Shown: positions 10,715-24,805, numbered from the stretch's first letter. The stretch: 64,000 nucleotides of DNA from Mobula hypostoma (GCF_963921235.1 NC_086097.1:195116001-195180000), one strand, 5' to 3'. Notes: generated from the letters alone by a model not told the origin. Numbers and translations: made by a program.

Positions 10715-12300
10715 AGAATAAGAACAGGAGTAGGTGAATCAAACCTTTAAGCTCACTTTATTATTAAGTAGGATCATGACTAATCCTTTACTTCAATACG
10801 ATACTCTGTCACCTTTGATGCCTTTTGCATTTGGAAATCCATCCACCTCTTTCTTAAATACATTCAATAACATGGCCTCTGCTGTATTCTGTGATAGGGA
10901 ATTTCAGGGGCTCTTCACTCAATGAATAAAGAAATTTATTTTAAAGACGGTCTTAAATTTCTTACTCCATATCCTAGTGTGTGAACTCCCTCATTCTAAA
11001 ACATCTTGGTCCAGGGAAACATGTTTCCATAACCAAGCTGTTCTGTCCTGACAGTTGTGAATGCCCTCAATGTGAGTTCAAAGTAAGTTTTATTATCAAA
11101 GTACAAATATGTTGCACTTACAGCTCTGGCATTCATTTGCCTGTGTCCATGCTCAACAAATCTATAGAATAGTAACTATAGCAAGATCAATGAAATATCA
11201 ACTAGAGTGCAGAAGAGAACAAACTGCAAATACAAATATAAATAAATTGCAAAAAATAATGAGAACATGAGATAATGAGATAAAGAGTCCTTAAAGTGAA
11301 GTCACTGGTTGTGGAAACATTTCAACGACGGGGCAAGTGAGTGTTGTTATCCCCTTTTATACAAGAGCCTGATGGTTGAGGATAAAAACTGTTCCTGAAC
11401 CTGGTGGTGTGAGTCCAGAGGCTCCTGTACCTTCTATCTAAAAGCAACAGTGAGAAAAGAGCATAGCCTGAGAAGTGGGGATCTCCGAAGATGGATGCTA
11501 CTTTGCTATGACAGTATTTCATGTAGATATGCTCACTTGTTGGGAGGCTTTACTTGTGATGTACTGGGCTGAATCCATTACCTTTTGTAGGATTTTCCTT
11601 TCAAAGGCATTGGTGTTTCCATACCAGGCTCGGATGTAGCCAGTCAGCACACTGTCCACCACACAACTACAAAAGTTTTAGATGTCATGCCAAATCTCCA
11701 CAGACACCTGAGGAAGAAGAGGTGCTGCCGTGTTTTCTTCACAATTGCACTTAGGTGCTGATTCAAAGATAAGTCCTCTGAAATAGTAACACCAGTAAGA
11801 TCCTCTCCCCCTCTGATCCTCTGATGAGGACAGGCTCATGGACCTCTGGCTTCCCTCTCCTGAAGTCTATAATCAGTTCCTTGGTCTTGCTGACATGGAG
11901 TGAGAGATTATTGTTATAACGTTACTCAGCCAAATTCTCACTCTCCCTCCTGTATGCTGATTCATCACCTCCTTTGATTCTGCCTTTTAACAGGGGCATC
12001 ATCAACAAACTTGAATATGGCATTGAAACTGTGCTTAGCCTCACAGTCATAAGTTTAAACCGAGTAAAACAAGGGGCTAAGCACACAGCCCTATGGTGCT
12101 CCTGTGCTGATGAAGATTGTACAGTAGATGTTGCCAATCCAAACTGACTTCTAAACCCTCATTTTCCTAAACTTGAGCGAATACTGTCCTAATCAACACA
12201 ACTCTTTTCATAAGAAAATCCGGATTTATCCTAGGAATCAGTCTGGTGAACCTTGATTGCATCTGCCTCGTGCAAATTTACACAAAAGACCATTAAAGCT
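10715..12300 (-). mobile_element. Old CR1 fragment interrupted by a Rex1/Babar fragment (~11074-12150)
   Basis: CR1-like 3' end from 10715. The Rex1 insert has an RT segment (GAPQG and FADD equivalents, GGDESAYRRE), a C-terminus and a TTGAAC-type tail. Confidence 0.65.
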
Positions 12301-12789
12301 AGGTTGGTACATAATGCTGTATCGATTTAAGATTAATCTCAGATTCCACAATCAGGTTCTACAGCCTTCAGTGTTGCAAGCACAACAAAAACCATTCAGG
12401 CCAGAAGTTCTTGTATCATGAAATACCTGGTCTTCATTCGTACTAAATTGGTGATTAATGCCTGTTCATCTTCACTGCACCAGTGCTCAAGAGTACAATC
12501 ACAAACCTAGAGCAAAGGCATGCCCATTTTCAGTGTACATCTTGTTGCCAATTACTGTGCATGATGTCTTTGTTAATATTTGAACACAATCATGCATTAA
12601 TTCGAGCTCTCAAAGGCCCCTGAAGCACACTACTACTGGAAATCTTTCTGATATGCTCTGATACATGGTTGCTAGAGAATTTCCGTTGGGCAAGGAGCAT
12701 TCTCCCTGACAGAGCCATTACAAGTAGAGAGAATAGTAGAAGGTATTTGTTATGCTTGCTATCATAGGCTGAGGCATTGAGTAGAAGAG

Positions 12790-13212
12790 GCAGCAGAGTA
12801 GCTTAGCCATTAACATAATGCTATTACAGCACCAGCAAACTGGATTCAACTCTGTTGCTCTCTGCAAGAGGTTTGTACATTCTCCCCAAGACTGTGTAGG
12901 TTTCCTCCATAAGAACATAAGAAATAGGAGCAGGAGTTGGCCATCTGGTCCATTGAGCCTGATCCGCCATACAATAAGATCATGGCTGATCTGGCCATGG
13001 ACTCATCTCCATCTACTTACCTTTTCCCCACAAACTTTAATTCCCATACTATGCACAATTCCATCCATCTTTGTCTTAAATTAAACCAGGTGCTCTGGTT
13101 TCCTTTCTCATTTCAAAGACATATGGTTTCATACGTCAATTGGTCACTTGGGTGTAATAGGGCAGTGTGGGTTCTTTGAGCCGGAAAGTCCCAGTTCTGT
13201 GCTGTATCTCTA
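12790..13212 (+). mobile_element. HE1/V-SINE-like SINE split by a minus-strand CR1 tail (~12908-13082)
   Basis: The SINE core GTTTGTACATTCTCCCC...GTTTCCTC resumes as CAGGTGCTCTGGTTTCC after an insert beginning (CATAAGAA)2. Confidence 0.7.
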
Positions 13213-13229
13213 AATACGCAAACATTAAA

Positions 13230-13780
13230 AAGAGCTACACCATCAAGTTGCAATTGTATAAAACTTTGGTGAGGTCATAGCTGGAAAATTGTGTACAGTT
13301 CCAGTCTACAGAAAGGATGTGATAGGAATAGAAAGCATGCAGAGATTCACCAAGATGTTGCCTGAAATAGAAAGCTGTATTTGTAATGACAGATTGGACA
13401 GGCTGGGTTTATTTTCACTGGAATTTAAAAGCTGAGGGTTAACCCTTAGAGGTTTACCAAATTATGAGCAGCAAGATAGGATAGATCATTTTCCAAGAGT
13501 TGGTGTGTCTAGAACCAAGGGGCACAGGCTTAAGGTGAGATGGGAGAAGCTTAATGGAGATTTAAGAGGTAAGTTTTTCACACAGAGGGAGGTGAATATC
13601 TTGAACAAGCTGATGGAGCCAAATATTACTACAACATTTAAGAAGCATTTGGACAGGTATTTAGATAGGAAAAGTGTAGAGGGATGCAGCCATAATGAGT
13701 TATGAGAGCAAATGGGATTAGGATAGATTGGCATTACGGTAAATAGGCCTGATCTGTGCTGTACAATCTACTGTATGATT
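13230..13780 (+). mobile_element. CR1 3' fragment
   Basis: SRTKGHRLKV...KFFTQR...FKKHLDRYL followed by a CR1-type tail. Confidence 0.75.
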
Positions 13781-14030
13781 TAAAGATACCAAGATTTATT
13801 AACACATGTCTAACTACCTTCATAGGTGAGGTGGACAAGAGCAGGGAAGACACTATCTTTCAAAGCCAATTAAAAAAGGGAAATAACTGCTCATTTTCCA
13901 ATAACCCCTACATTCCCAAACTGACTACTTGGATTTTCAGAAGGCATTTGACAAGGTGTTGCTCGTGATGCTATTTAACAAGATAAGATCGCATGGTACC
14001 ACAGGAACAATACTAGAATGGATAGAAGAT

Positions 14031-15454
14031 TCAAGTCAAGTCAAGTCAAGTTGCTTTTTATTGTCATTTCGACCATAAGCTGCTGGTACAGTACACAGTA
14101 AAAATGAAACAACGTTCCCCCAGGACCATGGTGCTACATGAAACAACACAAAACTACACTAGACTAAGTGAGACAACACAAGGCTACAGTAGACTACGTA
14201 AGCCAACTCAAAAACTACACTAGACTACAGACCTACACGGGATGGCGTAAAGTGCACAAAACAGTGCAGGGCAGTACCATAAATAATAAACAAGACAATA
14301 GGCACAGTAGATGACAAATTACAATATAATAATAAATGATGTAGATATCAGTTTAGTCTCTGAGTATTAAGGAGTCTGATGGATTGGGGGAAGAAACTTT
14401 TGCACAGTCTAGCTGTGAGAGCCTGAATGCTTTGGTACCTTTTGCCAGATGGAAGGAGGAAGATCAGTTTGTATGAGGGGTGCGTGGGGTCCTTCACAAT
14501 GCTGTTGGCTTTACGGGTGCAGCTTGTAGTGTAGATGTCTGTAATGCCAGGAAGAGAGACCCCGATGATCTTCTCAGCTGACCTCACTATCTGCTGCAGG
14601 GTCTCGCGATCCGAGACGATATAACTCCCAAACCAGGCAGTGATGCAGCTGCTCAGGATGCTCTCAATACATCCTCTGTAGAATGTGGTGAGGATGGGGG
14701 GGGTGGTGGGAGATGCACTTTTCTCAACCTTCACAGAAAGTAGAGACACTGCTGTGCTTTCTTGGCTATGGAGCTGGTGTTGAGGGACCTGGTGAGATTC
14801 TCCTTCGCTCTTAACGATCTCAACGGAGGAGCCATCAATGTTCAGCAGAGAGTTGTTGCTGCATGCTCTCCTGAAGTCAACAACCATCTCTTTTGTTTTG
14901 TTCACATTCAGAGACAGGTTGTTGGCTAAGTGTGATGGTGTTGGAGATGATGCTCCCGATCCGGACTGACTGAGGTCTCCCAGTCAGGAAGTCTAGGATC
15001 CAGTTACAGAGGGAGGTGTTCAGGCCCAGCAGTTTCAGCTTTCCAATCAGGTGCTGAGGAACGATTGTGTTGAATGCTGAACTGAAGTCTTTAAACAGCG
15101 TTCGAACGTACGTGTCTTTTTTATCCAGGTGAGTGAGGGCCAGGTGGAGGGTGTTGGCAATGATGGCATCTGTTGACCGGTTGAGACGATACGTGAACTG
15201 CAGGGGTTCCAGTGAGCGGGGCAGCAGGGTCTTGATGTACCTTATGATGAGCCTCTCGAAACATTTCATGATGATGGATGTGAGTGCAACGGGACGGTAG
15301 TCTTTGAGGCAGGACACTGAAGACTTCTTCAGCACGGGGACGATGGTGGCGGCCTTGAAGCACATTGGAATGATGGCGCTTCTCAGGGAGCTGTTGAAGA
15401 TGTCAGTGAGAACATCTGCCAGATGGTCTGCACATCCTCTGAGCACTCTGCCAG
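14031..15454 (-). mobile_element. Rex1/Babar LINE fragment with internal deletion
   Basis: ORFs 14877-15446 ([18 protein letters not shown]) and 14348-14905 (FYRGCIESIL), with a (CTTGA)4 tail at 14031-14050. Confidence 0.88.
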
Positions 15455-15755
15455 GTAGGAGGCAAAGAGTGGAATTATGAGGGCCTTTCCTGTTTGGCCG
15501 TCGTTGACTACTAGTGTGCTTCAGGGTTCTGGGTTGGGATCAATTATTTTCAAGTTATATGTCAATGATTTGGATGTAGGAATTGATGGCATTCTCTTCA
15601 GGTTTGTGGATGATATGAAGATAGGTGGAGGGACAGGTTGTGTTGAGGAAGCAGAGTTTTTGCAGAAGTACTCAGACAGATCAGGTTGATGAAATATAGT
15701 GCAGGAAAGTGTGTGGCACTACACTTTGGTATAAAGAATAAAAGTGTAGATTATT

Positions 15756-17351
15756 TGATGAAAGCAAGGCATTAGATGTTGTCTACATGGACTTTAGCAA
15801 GGCATTTGACAAGGTCCTGCATGGAAGGTTAGTCAGGAGTGTTCAGTCCCTTAGCTTTCAAGATTAGGTAGTAAATTGGATGAGACATTGGCTTTGTGGA
15901 AGAATCCAGAGAGATTGGTAACTGGTTACGTCTCTGACTGGAGGCCTGTCACTAGTGGAGTGCCGGGGGATCAGTGCTGGGTTCATTCTTGTTTGTCATC
16001 TATATCAATGATCTGGATGATAATGTGGTAACTGGATTTTCAAATTTGCAGGTGACTGCAAGATTAGGGACGTACTGGATAGCGAGGAAGGCTATCAGAA
16101 CTTGCAGTGGGATCTGGACCAGCTGTGAAAATGGCCTGAAAAATGGCAAATGGAATTTAATAAAGAGAAGTGCGAGGTATTGAACTTTGGTTAGACCAAC
16201 CAGGGTAGGTCTTACACAGCGACAGTGTCGAGGAGCAGTGTCTCAGAAAGGCAGCGTCCATTATTAAGGACCTCCAGCACCCAGGGTATGTATGCCCTTT
16301 TCTCACTGTTACCATCAGGTAGGAGGTACAGAAGCCTGAAGGTGATTCAGGAACAGCATCTTCCCCTCTGCCATCCGATTCCTAAATGGACATTAAATCT
16401 TGGGCACTATATCACTTTTTAATATGTAGTATTTCTGTTTTATTGTATGATTTTTAATCTATTCAATGTATGTACACTGCAACTTATTTATTTATTTATT
16501 TATTTGTTTATTTATTATTTAGGGTTTTTTTTCCTTCTATATTATGTGTTGCATTTAAGTTACTGTTAAGTTAACAAATTTCACATCACATGCGGGTGAT
16601 AATAAACTTGATTCTGACTCTGATTCAGAATGTAAGGGGACTGAGGAGTGCCGTAGAACAAAGGGATCAGGGAGCACGGGTCCATAATTCATTGAAAGTG
16701 GCGGCACAGGTAGATAGGGTATTAAGAAAGCTTTTGACACATTGGGTTTCATAATTCAAAGTACTGAGTACAGGAGATGGGATGTTATGTTGGAAGTTAT
16801 ATAAGATATTGGTGAGTCTTAATTTGGAATATTCTGTGCAGTTTTGGTCATCTACCTACAGGAAAGATATAAATAAGGTTGAAATAGCACAGGAATCATT
16901 TACAATGATGTTGTTGGGACTGGAGGATCCAAGTTATAAGGAAAGTTATAAGGGAAGATTGATTGGAGACTTGATAGAGGCACACAAACTTGTGAGAGAT
17001 ATAAGTAAGGTAAATGCAGGTAGGCTTTTTCCACTGATATTGGATGAGACTACAACTAGTGGTCATGGATTAAGGGTGAAAGGTGAAGTACGAAGGGAAA
17101 CATGAGGGGAAACTTCATTCAGAGGATTGTGAAAGTGTGAAACAAGTTGTCAGTGTAAGTGGTGCATGCAAGTTTGATTTTTGAACACTTAAGAGTGGTT
17201 TGGATAGGTACATGGATGGGAGGGGTATGGAGGGCTATGGTCCATGTCAATGTGCACGTCAATGGGACTAGGCAGTTTAAATGGGTCGGCATGGACTAGA
17301 TGAGCCAAAGGGCTTGTTTCAGTGCTGTACATTTCTCTGATGCTATGACTT
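15756..17351 (+). mobile_element. Inner CR1 fragment, itself split by Rex1
   Basis: VYMDFSKAFDKV and YINDLDD motifs. Resumes at ~16629 (LEYSVQFWS) and ends in a CTATGACT tail. Confidence 0.8.
16223..16628 (+). mobile_element. Rex1/Babar 3' fragment
   Basis: LFSLLPSGRRYRSL, (ATTT)n tract, AATAAA and (CTGATT/CTGACT)n tail. Confidence 0.8.
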
Positions 17352-18233
17352 TATTTTATTAATGGGGAGAAAATCCAGAAATCAGAGGTGCAAAGGGGTT
17401 TGGGAGTCCTTGAGCAGGGTTCCTTAAGGTTAACTTGCAGGCTGAGTCGGTGGTAAGAAAGGCAAACGCAATGTTCGCATTCTTTTCGAGAGGACTCGAA
17501 TACGAGAGCAAGGATAAAATGTTGAGGCTCTATAAGACATTGGTCAGACTGCTCTTGGAGAATTGTCAGCAGTTTTAGACCCCTTATCTAAGAAAAGGCA
17601 TGCTGGCTTTGGAGAGGGTCCAGAGGAAGCTCACGAAAATGATTCCAGGAATAAAAGGGTTAACATATAAGTAGCGTTTGGTGCCTCTGGAATTTAGAAT
17701 GATGAGGGATATCATTGAAAACTATCATATTGACATGTATGGATAGTTTGGATGTGGGGAGGATGTTTCCTGTACTGAGAGAACCTAGAACCAGAGGGTA
17801 CTGCCTTAGAATCGAGTGGCATATATTTAGAATATAGATGAGGAGGAATTTCTTTAGCCAGAGCATAGTGAATCTGTGAACTTGATTACTACAGCCAGTT
17901 GTGGAGTCCAAGGCATTGAGTATACATATAATGGAGGTTGATAGTTTCTTGGTTAGTCAGGTTATCAAAGGTTACAGAGTGAAGGCAGGAGAATGGGGTT
18001 GAGAGGGATAATAAATCAGCCATGATGGAATGACAGAGTAGACTGATGGGCTGAGTGGCCTTATTCTGCTCTTATGTCCTATGGTCTTATGATCTATTCC
18101 CTAAAAATTAATTTACTCGGAGGAGATTATCACAATGTGTGACCACACAAAGATCATTGATACTATTAGAAATCCAAAAGGAAAGATAGAAAGAAACAGT
18201 AACCACTGGAAAAATAAGTTGGCATTGTTTATT

Positions 18234-18525
18234 ATAGAAACATAGAAATTCTACGGCACAATACAGACCCTTTGGCCCACAAAGCTGTGCCGAACATGTC
18301 CTTACCTTAGAAATTACCTAAGGTTAGCCATGGCCCTCTATTTTTCTGAGCTCCGTGTACCCGTCCAGGAGTCTCTTAAAAGACCCTATTGTATCCTCCT
18401 CCACCATGGCTGGTAGCCCATTCCATGCACTCACCACTCTCCAAGTAAAAAAACTTACCCCTGACATCTCCTCCGTGCCTACTTCCAAGCACCTTGAAAC
18501 TGCACCCTCTCATGCTATCCATTAT
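18234..18525 (-). mobile_element. CR1 3' end
   Basis: (ATAGAAAC)n tail on the plus strand, homologous to the plus-strand tail at ~26850-26960. Confidence 0.75.
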
Positions 18526-18829
18526 AGTAAAGATGCTCTAGAAATGCATGCCAGCTTTTTGAAAATTTCTTTGGGATGATGTGCAGAAGCTAGATACTTT
18601 ATTCCTTCAGCCATTTTCCTTCTTGGATGTAAAGAGCAGGCATAAATGGGTCACTTTCTTGGCTGGAAAGCTGTATTATGTGATATGCCACAGGGATTGG
18701 TGCTGGGGTTTCAAGTTTAGTTCATAGAAACAAGTTGGTTGAAGGGTGTGAAGATATGATGATTGAATTTGCGAATGACACAAAGAGAATTAGGAAAGCT
18801 GCAAAATATTCTGTCTTTCTTATTGCACA

Positions 18830-20380
18830 CTTAGAGCAGTGAGAATGACAGTCAGGGTGTGGAATGTTCTTCTAGCAGAATGTGGGAAGGCAAGGAGACC
18901 TTCAGTGTCTCTGATGTATATACCTGCTAGAAGTGCATCCAGCTACAGCTTCTTACAGACCGTATTAAGGAGTTGGAGCTGGAACTGGATGAACACCAGA
19001 TCATTTGGGAAGTTGAAGGGTTCATTGACAAGAGATACAGGGAGGTTGATGCAACTTAGGTGCAGGACACATTAAATGGGTGATCATCAGGAGGGCTCAT
19101 CTGCTGAGCACGAGTATTGGGTGGAACTGATGAATAAGAAAGGGATGACAATGGGATTATAATATAGACCAGCCAATATTCAGCAGGATTTAGAGTAGCA
19201 AATTTATAGTGAGATAGCAGAAAGCTACAAGAAAAATAAGGTTGTAATGATCAGTGATTTTAACTTTCCGCATATACACTGGAACTCCCATACTGTAAAA
19301 AAAAAATTGAATGGGATAGAGTTTTTCAAATGTGTTCAGGAAAGTTTCCTTAATCAATATACAGACATCCCAACTAGAGAGAATGTGATGCTGAATCTCC
19401 TATTAAGGAACGAGGGACATGGCAGGTGACAAAAGTGTGCATAGGGAAACAGTTTGGATCCAGTGATCATAATTCCGTTCAGTAAGATAAATATAGAGAA
19501 GGATAGGTCTAGTTCTGGATTTGAGGTTCTAAATTGGAGCAAGGCCAATTTTGATAGCGTCAGAAAAGATCAAGCAGAAGTGCATTTGGTAGATCATTTT
19601 CTGGTAAGTGGGAGGCCTTCAAAACCGAAATATTGAGAGTACAGGGCTTGTAGAATAAAAGTGGGGACTACCATGCTTAGGGAACCCAATGTTCTGAGTG
19701 GTATTTGGGCCCTTATTAAGAGAAAGGAGCTGCATAGCAGGTAAAGGCAGCAGGGAATAAATGAAGTACTCGAGGAGTTTAAGAAATGTCATATACTCAA
19801 GCAGGAAATCAGGAGGGCTAAAAGAAGGCATGAGCTTGCTCTGGTAGACAAGGAGAAGTAGAATCCCATGGATTTCTACAAATATATAAAGAGCAAAGGA
19901 AAGGTAAGTGACAAAATTTGTCCACTTGATGTTCAGCATGGTCACCTATGCATGGAGCTGAAAGAAATAGGGGAGATCTTAAATGGATTTTTTTGCATCT
20001 GTGTTTACTCTGGGGACAGGCAAACAGAGTCTATGGAACAGAGGCAAATCAGTATTGAGTCATGGACCATAATCAGATTACAGAGGAGGAGTTGCTTGCT
20101 GTCTTGAGGTAAATTAGGGTCGATATGTCCCCAAAGCCTTATAACGTGTCCCCTCTGTCCTTGTAGGAGTCTAGTGCAGAAATTGGAGGGGCATTTACAG
20201 AGATATTTAAAATATCCCTTAACCACAGATGAGGCGCCAGAGGAGTGGAAGAGAAATAATGTTGTTCTGTTGTTCAAGAAAGACTCTAAGAAATTATAGG
20301 CCGATGAGCCTGTCATCAGTAGTGGGCAACATATTGAAAGGTATTCTAAGGGGTAGGAGATATATTAAATATTTGGATGT
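18830..20380 (+). mobile_element. Decayed CR1 (ORF1 remnant, endonuclease and early RT regions)
   Basis: Collinear with the CR1 at 41628-45843 (SDFNFPHIHW, KCVQESFLNQY, FYKYIKSK), with large deletions. Confidence 0.8.
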
Positions 20381-20394
20381 TCAGGGTAACATAT

Positions 20395-20508
20395 ATTAAT
20401 ACCACTATATATAAAATTCAGTGCGCACATGCTGTAGTCACTGGGCAAAAAATTGCACAGCACAAGATTTTTGCGCACACAGGTCATTACAACTTAGAGG
20501 GAACATTG
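20395..20508. mobile_element. Possible hAT-type DNA transposon or MITE end
   Basis: Ends in TTAGAGGGAACATTG, which resembles a hAT terminal repeat. The matching left end was not found. Confidence 0.35.
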
Positions 20509-20809
20509 TCTCTAAGGATGAACAGTAATATGTTGGGAAAATGGGGTTGATAACATTCCATTTGTATTAATTGGAGCTGTACACAAATCAGTCTGGGTAA
20601 AGCCATATGCATGCCCAGCACCACAAGTAGGGCAATAAGATGACAGTGAAATTTAATGTGTAACAATTGATTGGAGGTATCAGCATTCTCCTGCATTGTC
20701 TCCATCTATCGTTCTCCATTATACTTAAGCGATCAACCCTAGTTTTAAATGGAACAATCCTCCTATACCACACCCAATAAAATACACTTTGTTGAGATGG
20801 TGAATTACT

Positions 20810-20945
20810 TAAGACCATAAGACAAAGGAGCAGAAGTCGACTATTCGGCCCATCGAGTCTGCTCTGCCATTTTATCATGAGCTGATCCATTCTCCCATTT
20901 AGTCCCACTCCCCCGCCTTCTCACCATAACCTTTGATGCCCTGGC
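20810..20945 (-). mobile_element. CR1 3' tail
   Basis: AAGACCATAAGAC repeat plus the hairpin region seen in other CR1 tails here. Confidence 0.7.
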
Positions 20946-21979
20946 TTAGAAGTTTTTGGTTGACAATTTCCTTGGGCTGGTAAATTGGGCTTTCTGTATT
21001 TGACTGTTTCACACATTCTGCCACTTCAGTATATCCCAGTATGGGTTTAGTTCAGGAGGACTTGAATCTTATTTTACAACAGAAGCTCAGCTTTCCTTTG
21101 GAAGGTACAGTATTGCTCTCCACCTATGACACCAGTTTCTCAACTAATGTATACACTCAATAAGCACCTCACAACATTCTTGTAAAACAGTAGGGAAAAT
21201 GAATTTAATATCCTGCCCAAAATATGGGTGAATTGGAAACCACAATGTCTGTCTTCAAGAGTTATCTGATTTAATAATCACTATCTGTAAATTATTAAAC
21301 CAAAATGACAAAAAGGACTGGGGAATTTGCTAATCATATACAGACAAACTGGCTTTAAATATGACATGCACTTTGATAAAATGCAAAGTTTTAGTAATAT
21401 ACTACACAAGAGATTATATTAAAAGTTAACAGATCCCAGGAAGTGTTATAAATGATTTAATACTTCTATTAGATCTAAGATCCTGAACAAGAATACACCA
21501 AATATTATTCCTTTCCAAAAATATCAAGGACCTAGTTATTATGGGCCAGTAAACATTATCCGATAGATTAAAATGAGAAAAGGAATATAATATTTTTAGT
21601 GATTTAGTGGGCATTGTCTACTTAAGAATTAATTGATAAACAAATTGTCATACATACTGGTTTCATCAAAATTAAGCAAGCAGCTGGAACATTTCCAATT
21701 AGTATGGAAAGCCAAATATACATTAGAACCATAGCAAACACCTTTTCAAGTTCAGTAAATAAAACTATAAAGCAAAAGGATTTTTGAGAAATACAGCAAC
21801 TTCCTTGGCTAGTAAATAGCCAGTTTTTGTAAATTTTCAGTATATATTCAAGCAACCCTTTTCTCTTTGGAGGCCCTAGTTGATTGTTTTGACAGTACTT
21901 GCCAGTTTTCTCTAACGATCACATTATCTCCTTCCTTATTAGTTTTTACTTGTCTTGTTGCTGGTTCCTAAAAATAGTC

Positions 21980-23045
21980 CTAGTCTTTTACCAAAGAAAA
22001 TGACATGGAGATCAGGGATATCCTAGAGCAAGGTGATATCAAGTAGGATGAGGTGTTGGATTTGTTAAAGAACTTTAAAAATGGATAAGTCCCCATTACC
22101 TCAAAGGATCTATCCCAGGTTACTGATGAAGGCAAGAAAAGAGATTGCTGGTGACTTGACAGAGAATTTTACATTGTCTTTAGACAGTTGTGAGGTCCTA
22201 GACCATTGGAGAATAGACAGTGTTGTTCCTTTGTTTATGACAGTCAATAGCCTGGCGAGCCTTTCATCAGAGGTAGGAAAATAATTGGGGAAGGTACTTA
22301 GATTTATTCTCATTTGGACTTAAAGTCGTGACAGTCAGCATTTCATTGTGTGAGGGAAGCATGTCTAACTCAGATGTACAGGGGGCTCATGGGGCCCAAG
22401 TCCACATCTCCATGAAAGAGGCAACACAAGTATATAGGACAGTAAAGGAAGTGTGCATACCTTCATTATTAGAGGCATAGAGTAGAAGAGTCCAGAAGTC
22501 ATGATGCAGTTGTATATACTCTAATTAAGCTGCGCTTGGAATATTGTGTGCAGGTCTGATCACCAAATTAGAGAAAAAAGATGAAGACTTAGGAGAAGGT
22601 GCAGAAGAAGTTCACCATGATGTTTCCTGAATTATAGTAGTAGCTTTAAGGAGAAGTTGGACAAACTGACAGAGGTTGAAAGGTGACCTGATAAATGGGT
22701 ATATAAAGTAATTATGGGAGGCTGAGATTAGATAGACAATCAGAGTGCTTCTCTCAGAGTGGAAATGTCAAATACTAAAGGGGCATAGATTTAACGTGGG
22801 GATGGGGAAAGTTTAAAGGAAATTTGTGTGGTGTTTTGCACAGAAAGTGGTAAGTGCCACTCAGGTGAGTGCTAAGTGGTAGGTGCTGGAAGCAGGTACA
22901 CAAGTGACATTTAGACAGCACATGGACCTGCAGGGAAATTGCACATGTGCAGGTAGATAGGATTTGTTTAACTTGGCATCATGAATGACACAGACATTAT
23001 GGGGTGATGATCTGTCCTGTGGTGCACTGTCCTCTGTTCTATGTA
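21980..23045 (+). mobile_element. Degenerate CR1 ORF2 fragment with deletions
   Basis: DKSP...IYPRLL...WRIDSVVPLF, LEYCVQ equivalents and a CR1-type tail. Confidence 0.7.
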
Positions 23046-23692
23046 CTCACCACTTATGCTTCCAGTTGGTCAAACAACCAATGAATGGCACTGCAATCAT
23101 GGATTGAAAGCAACTTGTTTGGATTAATGAAATACTATGGCTACACACATGTACAATTATGTCTTTGGTATTTCCAAATGATATTTGAAGGCCTGACAAG
23201 CAAAACTGCTGTAATTCAGAGCAAAATATTGTTGATTATGAATAATTGTGTCCAAGTCAGAAGAGATCTGTAAAAATTTGCCAACATCCTCACATCTGTT
23301 CTGTTTAATTCTTGGATTCATAATTGGCATGTTTTCCATTGGTCCAAAACTTTACTTTTTATTCAAAGAATATTAACTTCACAAAGTTCTGAAGAGAAGT
23401 TTCGAACAGTATATCCTTAAAACCCACTTCATCCAGGATCTGTTGGAAGCCAGTTTGGCTACAGTTCCTTGTCCTCATTAAAAAATTAGAGGCAACTACA
23501 TCTTAGCTGTGCAAAGGTTCAAGGTAAAGGAACAAGCAGAACAGACAGACCAGACAACATGCAATAATAAAGGGAAAGGCAAAACAATAATGAGACTGAG
23601 AGATATCACATAATATACTGAGATTGATAAAGAATGGTACAGACTAAGGATAGAAAACAGATCAGAAGTGTTGGTTGTCCATCATATCCAAC

Positions 23693-24303
23693 TGTAACAC
23701 TCGCTTCACCTAGCAACTTAGTATTGGGGTGGATGATTATTCCCTGCCTGTCCAAACTTAAGAAATCTCATTCGGGTGGATGCTGCACCATGTGTCCCCT
23801 GTTACAAATCAGTACCCGGAAATAACAAACAGTACACAATATGCTATTAAACGATTAAGCTTTTACAACTCTTACTTTGACTATATGGTTAGTAGAGAAA
23901 TGAACTATTAAAAAAAAAAGGCCCAAATCTTATTGAACAGTCTGTGCACAAAGTTGGAGCTCACTCATAGGCTGATCGGTCCCCATCGACTTCCTCCGAT
24001 TGTCGCTGCTCTTCGAACCTTCGCTCTAAGTCCACCCCGTCCAGCGGTCTACCAAATCTCTCCATTCGCGCCTTCTCTCTTCATCTCTCTCTCTCTCTCT
24101 CTCCCTCTGGAAAAAGCCCGCGAAATCAACTGCTTCCAGATTCACAAGACAGGGCAACAAAATCCTGATTGGCTAACATGCACCCAAAGTCCTGTTATCT
24201 CCAGCCATAACCCAAACATGCTGTTACAGAGAAACCATTACTTCAACAGTGAACATTACAAAAAAACCATTAAACTAGCAGTGAAACCTTACAGTATGTT
24301 ACA
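23693..24303. mobile_element. Solo LTR (~611 bp)
   Basis: TGTAACA...TGTTACA termini with flanks CAAC/CAAT (4-bp TSD, one mismatch). Shares blocks with 51648-52342. Confidence 0.7.
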
Positions 24304-24334
24304 CAATGAAGATTAGAAATCTATGCAGAAGTGC

Positions 24335-24805
24335 TCTTAAAGTGGAAAAGTCATTGAGGCAGTTCCACTCTCTTGACCTCAGAAGGGTGCTTCGGGTGTT
24401 ATGAGTAGCTCTCACAAAATAGAGTCTTCCTTGGTGGGAGTAAATGACCTTGGCTTCTTCTGTGCTTTGCCATGTCCTTTGCTCTTCACAAAGTGTTGCA
24501 GAACCACCTTCCTGGCCTTTGGATCTAACTGTTGATTTCATCTGCCCAGTCCACCAGAGCTGACTTCACATACTAGGAGAGGCATGTCCCTATCTCACCG
24601 GGGTAGGAAACCCGCCAGCTACTCTCAACTGCTTTAGCTCACCTGTCGAAGTTGTGTATTGGCGTATGGCTACTGTAGCATGCAAACAGATACTTGGAGC
24701 CACAGATGAGAGCTGATTGTTCAATGATGAGTGAGCTGCATCTCAATGGACATGACAAGTGCCTTCAACAGAGGTCATATCCCTCCCTGGACACCCCACA
24801 CACTC
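24335..24805 (-). mobile_element. Unclassified interspersed repeat, possibly an RTE 5' region
   Basis: Complex, more GC-balanced block distinct from the AT-rich flanks. Family assignment is by recalled resemblance only. Confidence 0.3.

Larger units (their letters stand above)
13790..18092 (+). mobile_element. Outer CR1 fragment (pieces ~13790-14030, 15455-15755, 17352-18092) hosting nested insertions
   Basis: RT motifs continue collinearly across the inserts (DFQKAFDKV, QGSGLG, FVDD). Ends in a (TATGGTCT)-type tail near 18090. Confidence 0.75.
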
